From positions 29,817 to 93,816 of IMG/VR virus record IMGVR_UViG_3300042731_009409: DNA of 64,000 bases, one strand, 5' to 3'. Source of the DNA: a virus. The notes under the pieces were generated by a model, which made no database searches, was not told where the DNA came from, and was given only the letters and a program-made list of their open reading frames with translations. This document shows, one piece after another, positions 10,462-20,736 of this stretch (positions are counted from its first letter, which is position 1; each line of letters opens with the position of its first letter). The translations under genes were made by a program, and so were the position numbers.

Positions 10462-11099
10462 GTCATTGATACCAATTCTTTATAGGCTGATTTGAATGCT
10501 TTAAACCAGTTATCAATCAAAACATTTTTTATACCGCCATCTTTAAATGCCTCATCAACAAATTCTCTTGGGGGGATTATTATTTTTGTAGTATTGTTAT
10601 TTAGAGGTTTCCATTTTTTAAAATAACCAAACAAAGTTTTTGCACGTCCTGTCAATTTCGATGAATCTAATTTGCCTTGACTTGCGCTTGCTAACACCAA
10701 AAATAATCCTCTCATTTTTTCAGTAACGCTTATTGTTTTTCCATAATGCACTGTCAAAGCAATATTGTAGTTTTCACTGGTTCTCAATACACCGACAAAA
10801 ACAAAATCTAAAAAAGGATTGTTTGTACCAAGCACTTTCGATGTTACCGATTTAAACAAAGTCGCCCCTGGTTCAAATCCAACCAACGGTTTGTTATCAC
10901 CCTTTATAAGTTGTGTTAATTGCGCATTGTCTTCAAATTTTCCACTCTTTATAGTATTTCTAAGATGTTTTTCATAAATTTTACCATTAAGTCTACTAGC
11001 CGTTCTTATATTTTTTCTAACTATTTTATTAAGCACATTTGTACCTAGTATTTTTTCTAGTTTTTTCCAATTTTTATCTTTTTTAAAAATAGTTTTCAT
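10458..11099 (-). CDS. Neck/virion morphogenesis protein (Mu gpG / HK97 gp10-like)
   Basis: KGDNKPLV...TLFKSV and IIIPPREFVDEAF motifs. Confidence 0.7.
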   Translation of the reverse strand: MKTIFKKDKNWKKLEKILGTNVLNKIVRKNIRTASRLNGKIYEKHLRNTIKSGKFEDNAQLTQLIKGDNKPLVGFEPGATLFKSVTSKVLGTNNPFLDFVFVGVLRTSENYNIALTVHYGKTISVTEKMRGLFLVLASASQGKLDSSKLTGRAKTLFGYFKKWKPLNNNTTKIIIPPREFVDEAFKDGGIKNVLIDNWFKAFKSAYKELVSMT

Positions 11100-11503
11100 A
11101 TCGCATAATTGTTCTGTGCAGGATGTTTATCATTAAAAAATGCTTTTACCATCGTAGCACCTAATTGATCTGTATAATGACCTGCTGGCGTCAATCCATT
11201 TATATAATATACACAATCTAGTTTTCCAATCTTTGTAATTTTGTCATCAGTTTTTAAAGTTATTGATTGATATTCTAAATCCGAATACCTAAACAATACA
11301 TATCCAGTTGCCTTTATTATCTTACCGCCGATATCAACTTCCTTTTCTCTTCCAAAATATTTTGGTTGTCCTAAAACCGTTTGTGAACTGTTTCTTGACG
11401 TTTGTGGTATTGGTTCCCTGTGGTTTTCATCATACACTGTGTTTGCAGTATCTAAAGTTTGTATTATCACGTTTACGGGATGTATTAGATTTGGCAATAC
11501 CAT
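11096..11503 (-). CDS. Head closure (stopper) protein
   Basis: 135 aa after adaptor; ATGYVLFRYSDL...KTDDKI pattern. Confidence 0.65.
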   Translation of the reverse strand: MVLPNLIHPVNVIIQTLDTANTVYDENHREPIPQTSRNSSQTVLGQPKYFGREKEVDIGGKIIKATGYVLFRYSDLEYQSITLKTDDKITKIGKLDCVYYINGLTPAGHYTDQLGATMVKAFFNDKHPAQNNYAI

Positions 11504-11508
11504 TTATG

Positions 11509-12612
11509 TTACCTGTAACTTGGATTTGCTTGAGTTGCACAGCCGATTGGCGCTTTATACAATTTCAAAATATTTAATATTTCAGGATCATTCGTTATTC
11601 CTCTGAGCCCCTGTGCAATTGGTTTTGTAGTTCCACCAGGCGCAGAATATTTTATTTTATGACCATCCGTCCATTCTTCAAGAATATTTCCCAATATTGG
11701 TGGGATTGTTCCAGTGGAAAAACCGCTTGTCGAATACAAAGGTGTGGTCAATTTTTCAATAACCAATTTTGTTAAAGCTCTTTGTATTAATTTTGGCGGA
11801 CTATTGTCATCTTCTACATAGCCAAAAACACCACTTATTACCTGATTTTGTCTGCCTTTCCTAAATATCAGGCTTCTACCGGTTATTGGGGCAGTAAAAA
11901 TATCAGTATATTCCAGAGAATTTACAAGCTTTATCCTTGGATTCCAACGATCTGAAAAGTCATTTAATCTATTATACACTTTATATAATGACGTATCTAA
12001 TTCTGTCGTACTATCGTTTATTTTTATATATGATATGCTTATAATCGGAACGCCAAAATGTAAAGTGTCACTGTCGGTCCCATCAACACTCAAAATTAAA
12101 GATCTTGGGTTAAACCATTGTCTACAAGCTCTATCAATAAACGCTTGCCACATTTCTATCGCTGCCAAAACGGTTTCATCGTCATAATCTGCTTCGAGCA
12201 AACCTTGATCTCTTATGTCCTGTATAGATATATATGTATCGACAGATGAGCCAGCGCTTTGAACCAATACCTCAAAGTCTTCTTGCCCCGACTGATAAGG
12301 CGCAGCAGCAGTTATCTTCCATCTCCACTCGATCCTATGTGTACCTATGGGTTCAGCAATAGACGGCGTCCAACCCTTACTCTCGGTGTTATCATAAGCA
12401 TAATATGAACCTACAGCAAAATGGCCTGGCAAACTACTTACATCTTCATATTCTCCTTCTGTTGTCGGGAATACTTGGGTTCCCGGTAAACCTCCGGTTA
12501 TATCAATTATCCTGTATCCAACTTCATATGCATCTGTTTTGACCCCATTTACCAGGATAAACCAGTTTAATACAGATGTAGTATTCGATTCACCTCTTGC
12601 TAAAGATGCCAT
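11509..12612 (-). CDS. Head-tail adaptor with N-terminal Ig/BppU-like domain
   Basis: C-terminal YISIQDIR...FIDRACRQWF...SGVFGY...PPKLIQRALTKL adaptor pattern. Confidence 0.75.
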   Translation of the reverse strand: MASLARGESNTTSVLNWFILVNGVKTDAYEVGYRIIDITGGLPGTQVFPTTEGEYEDVSSLPGHFAVGSYYAYDNTESKGWTPSIAEPIGTHRIEWRWKITAAAPYQSGQEDFEVLVQSAGSSVDTYISIQDIRDQGLLEADYDDETVLAAIEMWQAFIDRACRQWFNPRSLILSVDGTDSDTLHFGVPIISISYIKINDSTTELDTSLYKVYNRLNDFSDRWNPRIKLVNSLEYTDIFTAPITGRSLIFRKGRQNQVISGVFGYVEDDNSPPKLIQRALTKLVIEKLTTPLYSTSGFSTGTIPPILGNILEEWTDGHKIKYSAPGGTTKPIAQGLRGITNDPEILNILKLYKAPIGCATQANPSYR

Positions 12613-12613
12613 T

Positions 12614-12916
12614 TTATATTACTCCATACCAAAAGCTTTTTTTAATTTCTCTTTTACTTGCAACTTCCAGGTTTGTTTTAAAACCATGTTCTTTTAGCCA
12701 TCTTTTAGCTTCTTCTGGAGTCCATTTGTTAGACTTAAATCTGATTGTTTGAATCTCTGAAACTGTCTTGCCATTTATTTTTTTTAAACCTATTATCACA
12801 TCCACACCCTTTGGAAATCCTTTTGGTCTAAACCTTCTGAACGAATCATATTGGCTCGGTTCTGTTTGTCTAGCTGCGTGTTCGTTTGGAAACGGTTTTG
12901 ATACAATTTCTTCCAT
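12614..12916 (-). CDS. Conserved phage head-associated small protein (PFPNEHAAR...IRFKSNKWTPEEAKRWL domain)
   Basis: Recognisable conserved motif; C-terminus resembles that of the scaffold. Confidence 0.6.
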   Translation of the reverse strand: MEEIVSKPFPNEHAARQTEPSQYDSFRRFRPKGFPKGVDVIIGLKKINGKTVSEIQTIRFKSNKWTPEEAKRWLKEHGFKTNLEVASKREIKKSFWYGVI

Positions 12917-12927
12917 TTTTATTAAAC

Positions 12928-13230
12928 CTAAGGCAAAATACCGTCCGGATCGAACGGTGTGCCTATTACGTTGTTCAGACCAAGATGTTCTGTATCCAAA
13001 TCTTGATAAAACGCTTGCAACACATCATCTGCAATTGGCGCAGTTACTAGATCGATTGATTGATCGCTAGTTTCTGTCCAACCAAAATTTTCGTCGTCCG
13101 GTTCGTAAACTTGTCCATTTACAACTATTTTAATTGTACCGGATACAAACTTCGACGGCGTATTAAATGATTTATTTACACCGTCGATAGTTCCGCTAAG
13201 TTTTTCCAAAACAGAATTGTAAAGAGACAT
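12928..13230 (-). CDS. Virion structural protein (small beta-sandwich)
   Basis: SGTIDGVNKSF...IVVNGQVYEP pattern typical of virion domains. Confidence 0.6.
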   Translation of the reverse strand: MSLYNSVLEKLSGTIDGVNKSFNTPSKFVSGTIKIVVNGQVYEPDDENFGWTETSDQSIDLVTAPIADDVLQAFYQDLDTEHLGLNNVIGTPFDPDGILP

Positions 13231-13688
13231 TATTCCTCTTCTATCTTTTTCTTTATCTCGTCAACCTTAGTCAATAGAATTCTTATAGTTGCATTTCTTT
13301 CTTCTTGTTTTTCGCTATTTATTCTTATTTTTTGTACATCTTTTTCTAAAGATATTAATTGTTGTTTTTGTTCACCTATTGTGTTTTTTGAATATTCTGT
13401 ATCAGCTTTTAAAGTTGTAAAAGATATTATAGCAGCCACTATAGCGAATAACAATGTAGTTACAGCACCTATCAAGAATTTACGAAAATTCTTCCAAGAA
13501 TTTATCTCAGAAATCAAATTTGGTAATTTCTTCAACGTTTCCTCTGTGTTTTTTATTCTTTCTTCGTTTACACATTTGTGTATTCTTATTCTGTCTATTG
13601 TGGACCAAACAGAATCTAGATTTTTTTCTATTGGTTCTATTTTAGAATCAAACAACCATTTTATATTTTCGTCAATTTTGTTGGTCAT
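13230..13688 (-). CDS. Single-TM coiled-coil membrane protein (holin or spanin-like candidate)
   Basis: TM segment FLIGAVTTLLFAIVAAIISF flanked by coiled coils. Confidence 0.5.
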   Translation of the reverse strand: MTNKIDENIKWLFDSKIEPIEKNLDSVWSTIDRIRIHKCVNEERIKNTEETLKKLPNLISEINSWKNFRKFLIGAVTTLLFAIVAAIISFTTLKADTEYSKNTIGEQKQQLISLEKDVQKIRINSEKQEERNATIRILLTKVDEIKKKIEEE

Positions 13689-13691
13689 TTT

Positions 13692-14240
13692 CTACTCATA
13701 ATCCGGGTCTTCATAAACAGACGTAAAATATCTAGCTCTTGCCAATTCAGCATTTTCGTTCGGGTTTGACAACTTTTTATAAGGTGTGTGATTTTCAAGA
13801 TGTACAGTCATTCTGTTTATTTTTGGTATGCCAAAAATATCTAAACCAGCAGACGACCAAATAATTGGTTGCGGTGGAGCAAAATCTAAATCCAATTGTA
13901 AAATTGAACCAGTTATTACACCACCAGTATTTAATTCTGTTTTTGTCTTTTTATATGATCTTGTAATCCAGTCCTTCAAATTGTGATAATAAACTGTTTT
14001 TAATGGCTGTTGTATGTTGTTTGACCAAAATTTTACAATAATGGCATTGCCCGTTTTGGGAGTATTTATATCTTCCGAAAAATCAATCTGAGCAGATTGT
14101 ATTTCTATTGCTTCACCAGCGTTCGGTTTTAGTTCCCACGTGCTATCTTCTAAAGTTGTCCATGTTTCTGGGTCATCAAAATAATGTGTCCCGATTGTGT
14201 CAGAGCGTTTAGTTATGTCAGGTAAACCGTTGTATTGCAT
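13692..14240 (-). CDS. Hypothetical protein
   Basis: 182 aa, tightly packed in operon. Confidence 0.6.
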   Translation of the reverse strand: MQYNGLPDITKRSDTIGTHYFDDPETWTTLEDSTWELKPNAGEAIEIQSAQIDFSEDINTPKTGNAIIVKFWSNNIQQPLKTVYYHNLKDWITRSYKKTKTELNTGGVITGSILQLDLDFAPPQPIIWSSAGLDIFGIPKINRMTVHLENHTPYKKLSNPNENAELARARYFTSVYEDPDYE

Positions 14241-14515
14241 CAGAAAATTGCCTCCCAGTCGAAAGATACTGTTCTTATTCCTCTTTTATTTTTCCCCCCG
14301 TTTGCAGACACAGAAAATGTGAAAAATCTGTTAGTTATATTTATAACCCTTAAATTGCCAGAACCATCAAACCTTACATTTGAAAATTTTATTTTTTTTG
14401 GTATATCAGCAGAAATAAATGGAAATTGCACGTTATTTGTTAAATCAACCCAACCCCTGTTCGGGTAAATTGTCATCGAAAAAATTTCAGAACCAGATAG
14501 TGAATGATTTTTCAA
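14240..14515 (-). CDS. Hypothetical protein
   Basis: 91 aa, coupled to neighbour; GGAG RBS. Confidence 0.55.
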   Translation of the reverse strand: MKNHSLSGSEIFSMTIYPNRGWVDLTNNVQFPFISADIPKKIKFSNVRFDGSGNLRVINITNRFFTFSVSANGGKNKRGIRTVSFDWEAIF

Positions 14516-14523
14516 TTTTGCTC

Positions 14524-16710
14524 CTAAGTTGTTTCCGGCCCAAGAATCATCGCTTTAACAAGGCCTGAACCGGTTCTGTTTGCCACTGCTTGAGCAAACA
14601 CACCTACACTACCATTTGTGTTTGGCGCGGCCGCTTTAGCAGTCGTGCTTGTATATAGACCGTCTCCTATTGATGTAGTTGCTGTAACATTTACATCCCA
14701 AACTCCTTTAGTTGCAACCGTGATATATTCGGTGTCATCACCTCCAATCGCTATAACGCCTATAACATTTATATCATTTGCGGTTGTTGTATCATCACAA
14801 CTTTCGGCTGTGCTTTGATGCAAAATAACAACATCACCAGCAACTAATGTTCCACCGCTATTATTTACCAATTTTATAGTTTGCTCGGACAGCCAAATAT
14901 TGCCGTCATACCAACATGGCAAATTCCAATCCGTGTTAAAACAGGTATCGCCTATTTTAGGATTTAAAACTGAAATCATTTCGGCTGTTGATTTTGGTCC
15001 ATATGTATAAGGCAGAAGTCCTTTATGGTAAACTATTTCAGATTTTTGATTATTTGAGTCGGAAAAATCAAGTTTTAGTTCTCCATGTTCTACAAATCTC
15101 GTATAAAGATCTGTATCTACTAAATCAACCTGTATAGAAGGGCTATTTGTGTAAATTTTGCCTAGCGGAGTCATATCACTTCTGGGCCAATATTTTACAG
15201 CGGCAGAACTTGCTCCATAATATTGATCGGAAGTTCCCCACGCTTCTAAACACCACATCAAAGCGGAAAGTTCGCCAAAATTATATAGATCTTGTCCAAT
15301 TGAATTGCTATTACTTATAACACCAACAGCAGCAAGATTAATTCCCATTGAATAGCGGTAACTATTCGCTGCAACACCCCTGTTTGCCCAATCTGTTTTT
15401 GATTCATATCCATCTGGCGTTGATGCAGTATAAGCAAGATCGTTTATTGGGAATGATTCCAACAAATACCAATCGTTATAAGTCAAATTTGATGGATCGG
15501 AATCGGGATTCCAAGTTGCGTCATAATCACTTGATAAAATATCGTCTATATCCCAAGCATTTACAAAACAAATATTGGCCGAACTAAGACCATGTACATG
15601 ATCAACTTTTGCATTAAATGCGTCTCTACCATTTGTTGCAGCAGAACCATAATCCCAGCCAGCTTCATCCATGAAAATACCGCTGGTTCCAAGAGTATTC
15701 CAATCATCTGCTTTATCATCAAAATTTGCATCTGTTTGATTTACTGAAACATAACCAAAAATTTTTACGCTTGGTTTTACAGTTTTTATTCTTTGTATAA
15801 TTCTCCAGGTATTCGCTATATCTCCATGATCACCTACCAAATATTCGTCATCAGTATCCCAGTCATTATCCGTTCCACCAGACAAAGTTGCTGTTATTGT
15901 TGTAGAAGTATTTGCGGTAATAGTTCCACTACTGCCATCAGTAGTATTTATAATCACCTTGCCAACAAATTCGTTTGTCGTCCAACTTTTTGAACTATCT
16001 GTCAAAACGGATTGCCCATCTGAGCCAGTATGAGATCCTTGCGTTAATAATTCCTGCAAAGAATTCCCAAGAACGATCAAATCATATTTGCACATATCGA
16101 GTGCAACTTTCTTCCAATCCCAACCATTTTGCGCTGAATTAAAACTTCCTGGCCACCCATAATAAATAAGTAATTTTTTAGGTCCTGTATACAATGATTG
16201 GTCAATTTGCAATTGATGCCAGCCAGTATTGCCATTATGCAAACCTTCCAAAATTGAAACACGATCATTAATGCAAACAAAAGTCGAAACATAAAGAGGA
16301 TTTGCAGATGGATTAAGAATTTCACGTTCATTATGCAGCGCAAGCATAAAAGGCGGCGGACCTTTTTTGCCTGTTACAGAATCTGTCCAAATAGGTGAAC
16401 CCTCCAACAATGTTTGAATTTCTGTACTTATTGCTGTTGGATTTAATACAGCAACATTTCTTACAATATCATCCTCAAGTTGATCTTGTTCTTGTTGAGC
16501 AATAATTGCGTCAACAGCATCTTTTTCGGCTTGAGACATTTCTACTACAGTGTCTGAAACAACTTTCCAATACTTTTGGGCAACACCACTAACGCCTGAT
16601 AAATTAGGATTTATCAGCCAGGTGCCCGATGGATATTCAGGCGTATTCACTGTTGTTAAGTATTCATATATACCGTTTGCATCTGCCGTTCTTTTTATTA
16701 CATCTGCCAT
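14524..16710 (-). CDS. Fibre-like virion protein with TIM-barrel glycoside hydrolase (GH114/GH135-like) domain and C-terminal beta-clip (DUF2190-like) domain
   Basis: Start moved from 16764 to ATG 16710 (GGAGG RBS); LLIYYGWP...KIFGYVS...GIFMDEAG...FVNAW barrel motifs. Confidence 0.7.
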   Translation of the reverse strand: MADVIKRTADANGIYEYLTTVNTPEYPSGTWLINPNLSGVSGVAQKYWKVVSDTVVEMSQAEKDAVDAIIAQQEQDQLEDDIVRNVAVLNPTAISTEIQTLLEGSPIWTDSVTGKKGPPPFMLALHNEREILNPSANPLYVSTFVCINDRVSILEGLHNGNTGWHQLQIDQSLYTGPKKLLIYYGWPGSFNSAQNGWDWKKVALDMCKYDLIVLGNSLQELLTQGSHTGSDGQSVLTDSSKSWTTNEFVGKVIINTTDGSSGTITANTSTTITATLSGGTDNDWDTDDEYLVGDHGDIANTWRIIQRIKTVKPSVKIFGYVSVNQTDANFDDKADDWNTLGTSGIFMDEAGWDYGSAATNGRDAFNAKVDHVHGLSSANICFVNAWDIDDILSSDYDATWNPDSDPSNLTYNDWYLLESFPINDLAYTASTPDGYESKTDWANRGVAANSYRYSMGINLAAVGVISNSNSIGQDLYNFGELSALMWCLEAWGTSDQYYGASSAAVKYWPRSDMTPLGKIYTNSPSIQVDLVDTDLYTRFVEHGELKLDFSDSNNQKSEIVYHKGLLPYTYGPKSTAEMISVLNPKIGDTCFNTDWNLPCWYDGNIWLSEQTIKLVNNSGGTLVAGDVVILHQSTAESCDDTTTANDINVIGVIAIGGDDTEYITVATKGVWDVNVTATTSIGDGLYTSTTAKAAAPNTNGSVGVFAQAVANRTGSGLVKAMILGPETT

Positions 16711-16711
16711 A

Positions 16712-17413
16712 TTATCCCCTCCTGCGTGGCGCAAGAACGTTGAAAGTCCAATATGAACTTGCATATATTGAACTTCCTGTTACTAAATAATTTGTTCTAT
16801 CTTTCATATTAGCGTCAGTTCCGGTAGTAGTTTGTGGCACTCCTTCATTCAATGGTGCATCAAAAAGTTTGTCATAAACCCTATCGTGTCCTCTGGCATA
16901 ATAGATTTGGCCAATTTCAGAATCGCTTAATTCTCGATTAAAAATTTGTAATCCAGAAAGCCTGCCAAAAAAACCTCTTGAATAACCAGACCTATTGCCA
17001 GCAATTAAATTTGTTCCACTGTCCGAAACGTTCGAACCAGAACCGGCCACGGACGTTTGAAGTGATACCGACTCTCCATTGATATATAATTTGCCAAATG
17101 TAGAAGTATATACAGCCGCAACATGCTGCCATTGATTTAACGTAATAGAATAATCTACAGCCCTATAATTTGCATTTCCTGTTTCACGGTATCTATAAAA
17201 AGCCAACGTCTCATTACTTGCATTATCATCCACAAAAAACATCCAACCTGTGGATACACCTTCTTTGCACAATATTCTTCCATAAGAAGATTGACCCCAA
17301 CCTAATGGATAAATCCAAGCACTAACGGCAAGGGGATCTAAATCTTCAAGATGGGATGGAGCACCAAAATCTATTCCAGAAGTAGAAAAAGAGCTATCTA
17401 AACGAACACCCAT
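16712..17413 (-). CDS. LamG/ConA-like jelly-roll virion protein
   Basis: AVSAWIYP...NQWQHVAAVY...KLYING...FFGRLSGLQIFNRELSDSEIGQIY. Confidence 0.9.
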   Translation of the reverse strand: MGVRLDSSFSTSGIDFGAPSHLEDLDPLAVSAWIYPLGWGQSSYGRILCKEGVSTGWMFFVDDNASNETLAFYRYRETGNANYRAVDYSITLNQWQHVAAVYTSTFGKLYINGESVSLQTSVAGSGSNVSDSGTNLIAGNRSGYSRGFFGRLSGLQIFNRELSDSEIGQIYYARGHDRVYDKLFDAPLNEGVPQTTTGTDANMKDRTNYLVTGSSIYASSYWTFNVLAPRRRG

Positions 17414-18600
17414 TAGCTAAACCTTATTCCTAACATCAATAGCGTCCAATCGCCGCTCAATTCTGTTCCAGCTTGTGGGTTTACACGTGTCATTTCGAAC
17501 TGCACTATTTCACCAGCACTAACAGACAAAGAAGAAATAGCAATTGTTTCTGAATCGTATTGCCATTGTTCGTTATCTGGAATGTCAATGTCATCCATTG
17601 TAAAACCAGCTGTCCAACTGTCAACCGTGTTTGGCAAACCCCTATTATAAAGTTTTAATCCGACCGTTCTAGATCCGCCTGGAGCAGTTTCAGCCCTGGA
17701 TACAATATCTATAATTATATTTGTAATTCCTGACGGCAATCTGACAGTAAAGCCAATGCCCTCCTCGGTAGTATCGTCAAACCGCCTAACATAAAAAGCC
17801 GAGTTGTTAGAATCTACACCACCACCAGCGTGCACATTAACTGTCCAATCCGAATTAATAGGGAACTCTAATTGATCAGCAAAGATTTGAAATTCTGGAT
17901 AAGACGAACCGCCACCAGGAGGTTCTGACCAACTTCCATCAGCCCTTAAATAGTTAGTTGTACCACCACCTAATTTAGGCAATAAACCATGTGCTGATGT
18001 AGTAGCGTTTAAATCTGTGTTGTCATCAGGAGCGCTTAAATCATCTAATTTTATAGCATCTCCACCACCACTCTCATGTGAAGTATTGTGTGAAGTAGGC
18101 GTCCTTGAATCGCTCAAACGGCTATCATTTCCTTCGCAAGCCGTATTCGCAGACGAACCATAAACTTGTTGAGAACCAGTTAATTTACTGCTACCATCTA
18201 AACCTGCATAACCGCTAGCAGCATTTTTGTTAGCCGTCATTTCGGCTCCTGCTGCCGCTACATTAGTAGCATCTGTTACGTCAGCATTTGCCTCAATATT
18301 ATCTAACTTGCTACCATCTGTCGACAAATCTCTTCCGTCTACAGTTCCAGAAGTCGCAATATTTCCGGAATCATCAACGGTAACAGAACTGTTTTGTAAA
18401 ACTTTTCCGGTCGTACCGTCGAATCTTGCTACGGCGTTATCAGTTGAACTTGCATCACCAACAACATTACCTTTTATTTCCGTTTCGGTTCCGCCATCAT
18501 CTTTTATATACAAACTGCCATCGGTTTTAACATAAAGTTTTTGATAACCAGTTGCTGGTATATCATGGCTGTCAGTTTCCTTTAGTGTTATTTCTGACAT
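17413..18600 (-). CDS. Fibre-like virion protein
   Basis: STDNAVARFDGTTGKVLQNS, TVDGRDLSTDGSKLDNIEANADVTD and ACEGNDSRLSD fibre repeat motifs. Confidence 0.75.
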   Translation of the reverse strand: MSEITLKETDSHDIPATGYQKLYVKTDGSLYIKDDGGTETEIKGNVVGDASSTDNAVARFDGTTGKVLQNSSVTVDDSGNIATSGTVDGRDLSTDGSKLDNIEANADVTDATNVAAAGAEMTANKNAASGYAGLDGSSKLTGSQQVYGSSANTACEGNDSRLSDSRTPTSHNTSHESGGGDAIKLDDLSAPDDNTDLNATTSAHGLLPKLGGGTTNYLRADGSWSEPPGGGSSYPEFQIFADQLEFPINSDWTVNVHAGGGVDSNNSAFYVRRFDDTTEEGIGFTVRLPSGITNIIIDIVSRAETAPGGSRTVGLKLYNRGLPNTVDSWTAGFTMDDIDIPDNEQWQYDSETIAISSLSVSAGEIVQFEMTRVNPQAGTELSGDWTLLMLGIRFS

Positions 18601-18602
18601 TA

Positions 18603-19010
18603 TTACTCCAATACAACAAGCTCACCATCTAATATTAAATTACCTTCGATTGTAATATTGTGATGTACAATATATTGATAATGCTCCAAAACAGAAACTG
18701 TTGTGCCAACTGGAATAAACTTTCTAACGCCAACTGCAACGTTAGCCATTAAATCTGTCAGAGTATGACCAGGATATTGATTACTTGCGTTATCATTATC
18801 GAACAAACAGAGATTATTACCGTTTCTATAAATGCCAACATTTTCATCTCTGTTCGATTCGTCTTGTAAAAAAATACCTGCTGTTTCTATAGCATCTTCT
18901 TGTGGCTCAATTGGCGTAGGAGCACCAAACGGATTAATATCATTATCATCACCTCCAAGAGCTGTTGATTCTACTTTTGTAACTTGTACTCTATCTACGC
19001 CAATAGCCAT
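18603..19010 (-). CDS. Hypothetical virion protein
   Basis: In fibre cluster; C-terminal ITIEGNLILDGELVVL. Confidence 0.6.
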   Translation of the reverse strand: MAIGVDRVQVTKVESTALGGDDNDINPFGAPTPIEPQEDAIETAGIFLQDESNRDENVGIYRNGNNLCLFDNDNASNQYPGHTLTDLMANVAVGVRKFIPVGTTVSVLEHYQYIVHHNITIEGNLILDGELVVLE

Positions 19011-19015
19011 TTTAT

Positions 19016-20710
19016 TTATGCAGCTTTCTTACCAATATATTGAGGAGCAACATCAAGATCGGTGGCATTTTTTGCCGTCCCTACAAAAATAACGTGATTT
19101 CCTGCTGAGACATTTCCAATCCCACTTACCAAACCGCCAGAATCGCCGACATAATATCTATCACCAACTGTTGCGCCAGAAATAACACCAACCGCAACAC
19201 CAAGTTTTACAACCGTACCAGTACCAGATGCGGAGATTCCACCAGACTCTTCAACAACTCCGATTATATCAATCCTGCCAGTTACACTTGCTTGGCATTC
19301 TCGGATTTCATCATTGGTGGTTCCCCATTCAACAGCATCGCCCTGCGCCAAAGTTTCTTCAGCAGTTAATTCATCTTCCAAACGATCTGCACTTCCAATC
19401 GCGTGAGTGTGCAAAGTAGTTGCACCACCACCAGTCAACTCGTTTAAATTTGCAGCAGTTACATTTGTAGTCGTTGAAACTCCGTTAACAGTAAATTGCA
19501 AAGGAACGCCAAGAACATTTAGAGACGTTGCTTTAGAAATAGTAGTCCCATCAACCAAAGCTTCTAAATCGCCAGACCCATCAAATTGCAAACCTGGATC
19601 GGATGCTGCTAAATCAATACCGATGCCACTAGAAGTAATTTCAATTCCTGCACTGGTATTTGCTTTTGCCTGCAAATCTCCACTTGAAAACTCCAAGCCC
19701 GGATCGGTCGCAAGAGAAATAGCAGCGATTCCGCTTGTGACAACAAGACCATAATCAGAATCAAAAGTGACTTTACCTTTTGTTCCACCACCACTTGCCG
19801 ATGTAGCATCAGGAATCGAACTTGCACCCGTCATTGCCTGCCAGGTATCAGCATCATCATCCCAGATATAAGCTTGATCGAGATTTTCGATTGTATGAAT
19901 TTCGCCCGGAATCAAAGAACTTTGCGTTCTATTAAATCCAAAATTGGTGCTCCCGGGAACGGACGAAGGCAGAGTGGATAATGTCTTTTTGGTATATTGA
20001 GTTTCGCCGCCAAAATCTACAATTTGACAATCTGCTTGAGTTCCCCAAGTTCCGTAAATTGAAGATGCAGAACCATCATTGTCATCCTCGATTATTACGA
20101 CAACGCCATCAGTGTCAATTGCATCTAAATCTGTGGAAAAATAAGCTCCCCAAATCGCAGAACCATCACCTTGAATTGCTGCAGCAAGGTTTGTCATGCT
20201 GTCGGCTACAGTTGCACCAATCGTATACTGCACATCGCCGCCTGTGCCCGCTCCATATGTTCTTGTAGTAGTTCCATCCGTAACAACAATCGTGTCACCA
20301 GAAGAAGGGTTTGAAGCCATCGTGAGAGCCACAGAAGCTAATACGCCTTCGGTATCATCTAGCTGATTCTCGTGCAACACAAGCTCCTTTACCTGACCAC
20401 CAGTAATTACAGCAGTATCTAATTGCCCTTTGTTAACGGCATCTGTTGCAACAGTACCATCGGCTAAGCCAGTGATTTTGTTGGTACCCATTGCCAGGTT
20501 AGATGTAAGGGTCAAGCCGGCAAGACTCGCTCCACTTTGCCCATAAGACAAAGCATCGCCAGATGCACTTGCACTTGCAAGCCCAGTCACCTTGTTTGTA
20601 CCCATTGTAATATTGCCAGACATTGCCAAACCGCCAAGAGCAATATCATCTGATGTTGCCATTTCCTCAGCGCCATAGTCACCTAAAAATAGAGGTTTTC
20701 GTGTTGCCAT
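19016..20710 (-). CDS. Head or tail fibre-like protein with adhesin-neck motif and C-terminal beta-clip domain
   Basis: TNKITGLADGTVATDAVNKGQLD; repeated GLEFSSGDL units; Gly/Ser/Thr-rich. Confidence 0.75.
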   Translation of the reverse strand: MATRKPLFLGDYGAEEMATSDDIALGGLAMSGNITMGTNKVTGLASASASGDALSYGQSGASLAGLTLTSNLAMGTNKITGLADGTVATDAVNKGQLDTAVITGGQVKELVLHENQLDDTEGVLASVALTMASNPSSGDTIVVTDGTTTRTYGAGTGGDVQYTIGATVADSMTNLAAAIQGDGSAIWGAYFSTDLDAIDTDGVVVIIEDDNDGSASSIYGTWGTQADCQIVDFGGETQYTKKTLSTLPSSVPGSTNFGFNRTQSSLIPGEIHTIENLDQAYIWDDDADTWQAMTGASSIPDATSASGGGTKGKVTFDSDYGLVVTSGIAAISLATDPGLEFSSGDLQAKANTSAGIEITSSGIGIDLAASDPGLQFDGSGDLEALVDGTTISKATSLNVLGVPLQFTVNGVSTTTNVTAANLNELTGGGATTLHTHAIGSADRLEDELTAEETLAQGDAVEWGTTNDEIRECQASVTGRIDIIGVVEESGGISASGTGTVVKLGVAVGVISGATVGDRYYVGDSGGLVSGIGNVSAGNHVIFVGTAKNATDLDVAPQYIGKKAA

Positions 20711-20736
20711 TTTTTAAATCCTTTCCTCGTTATGTA

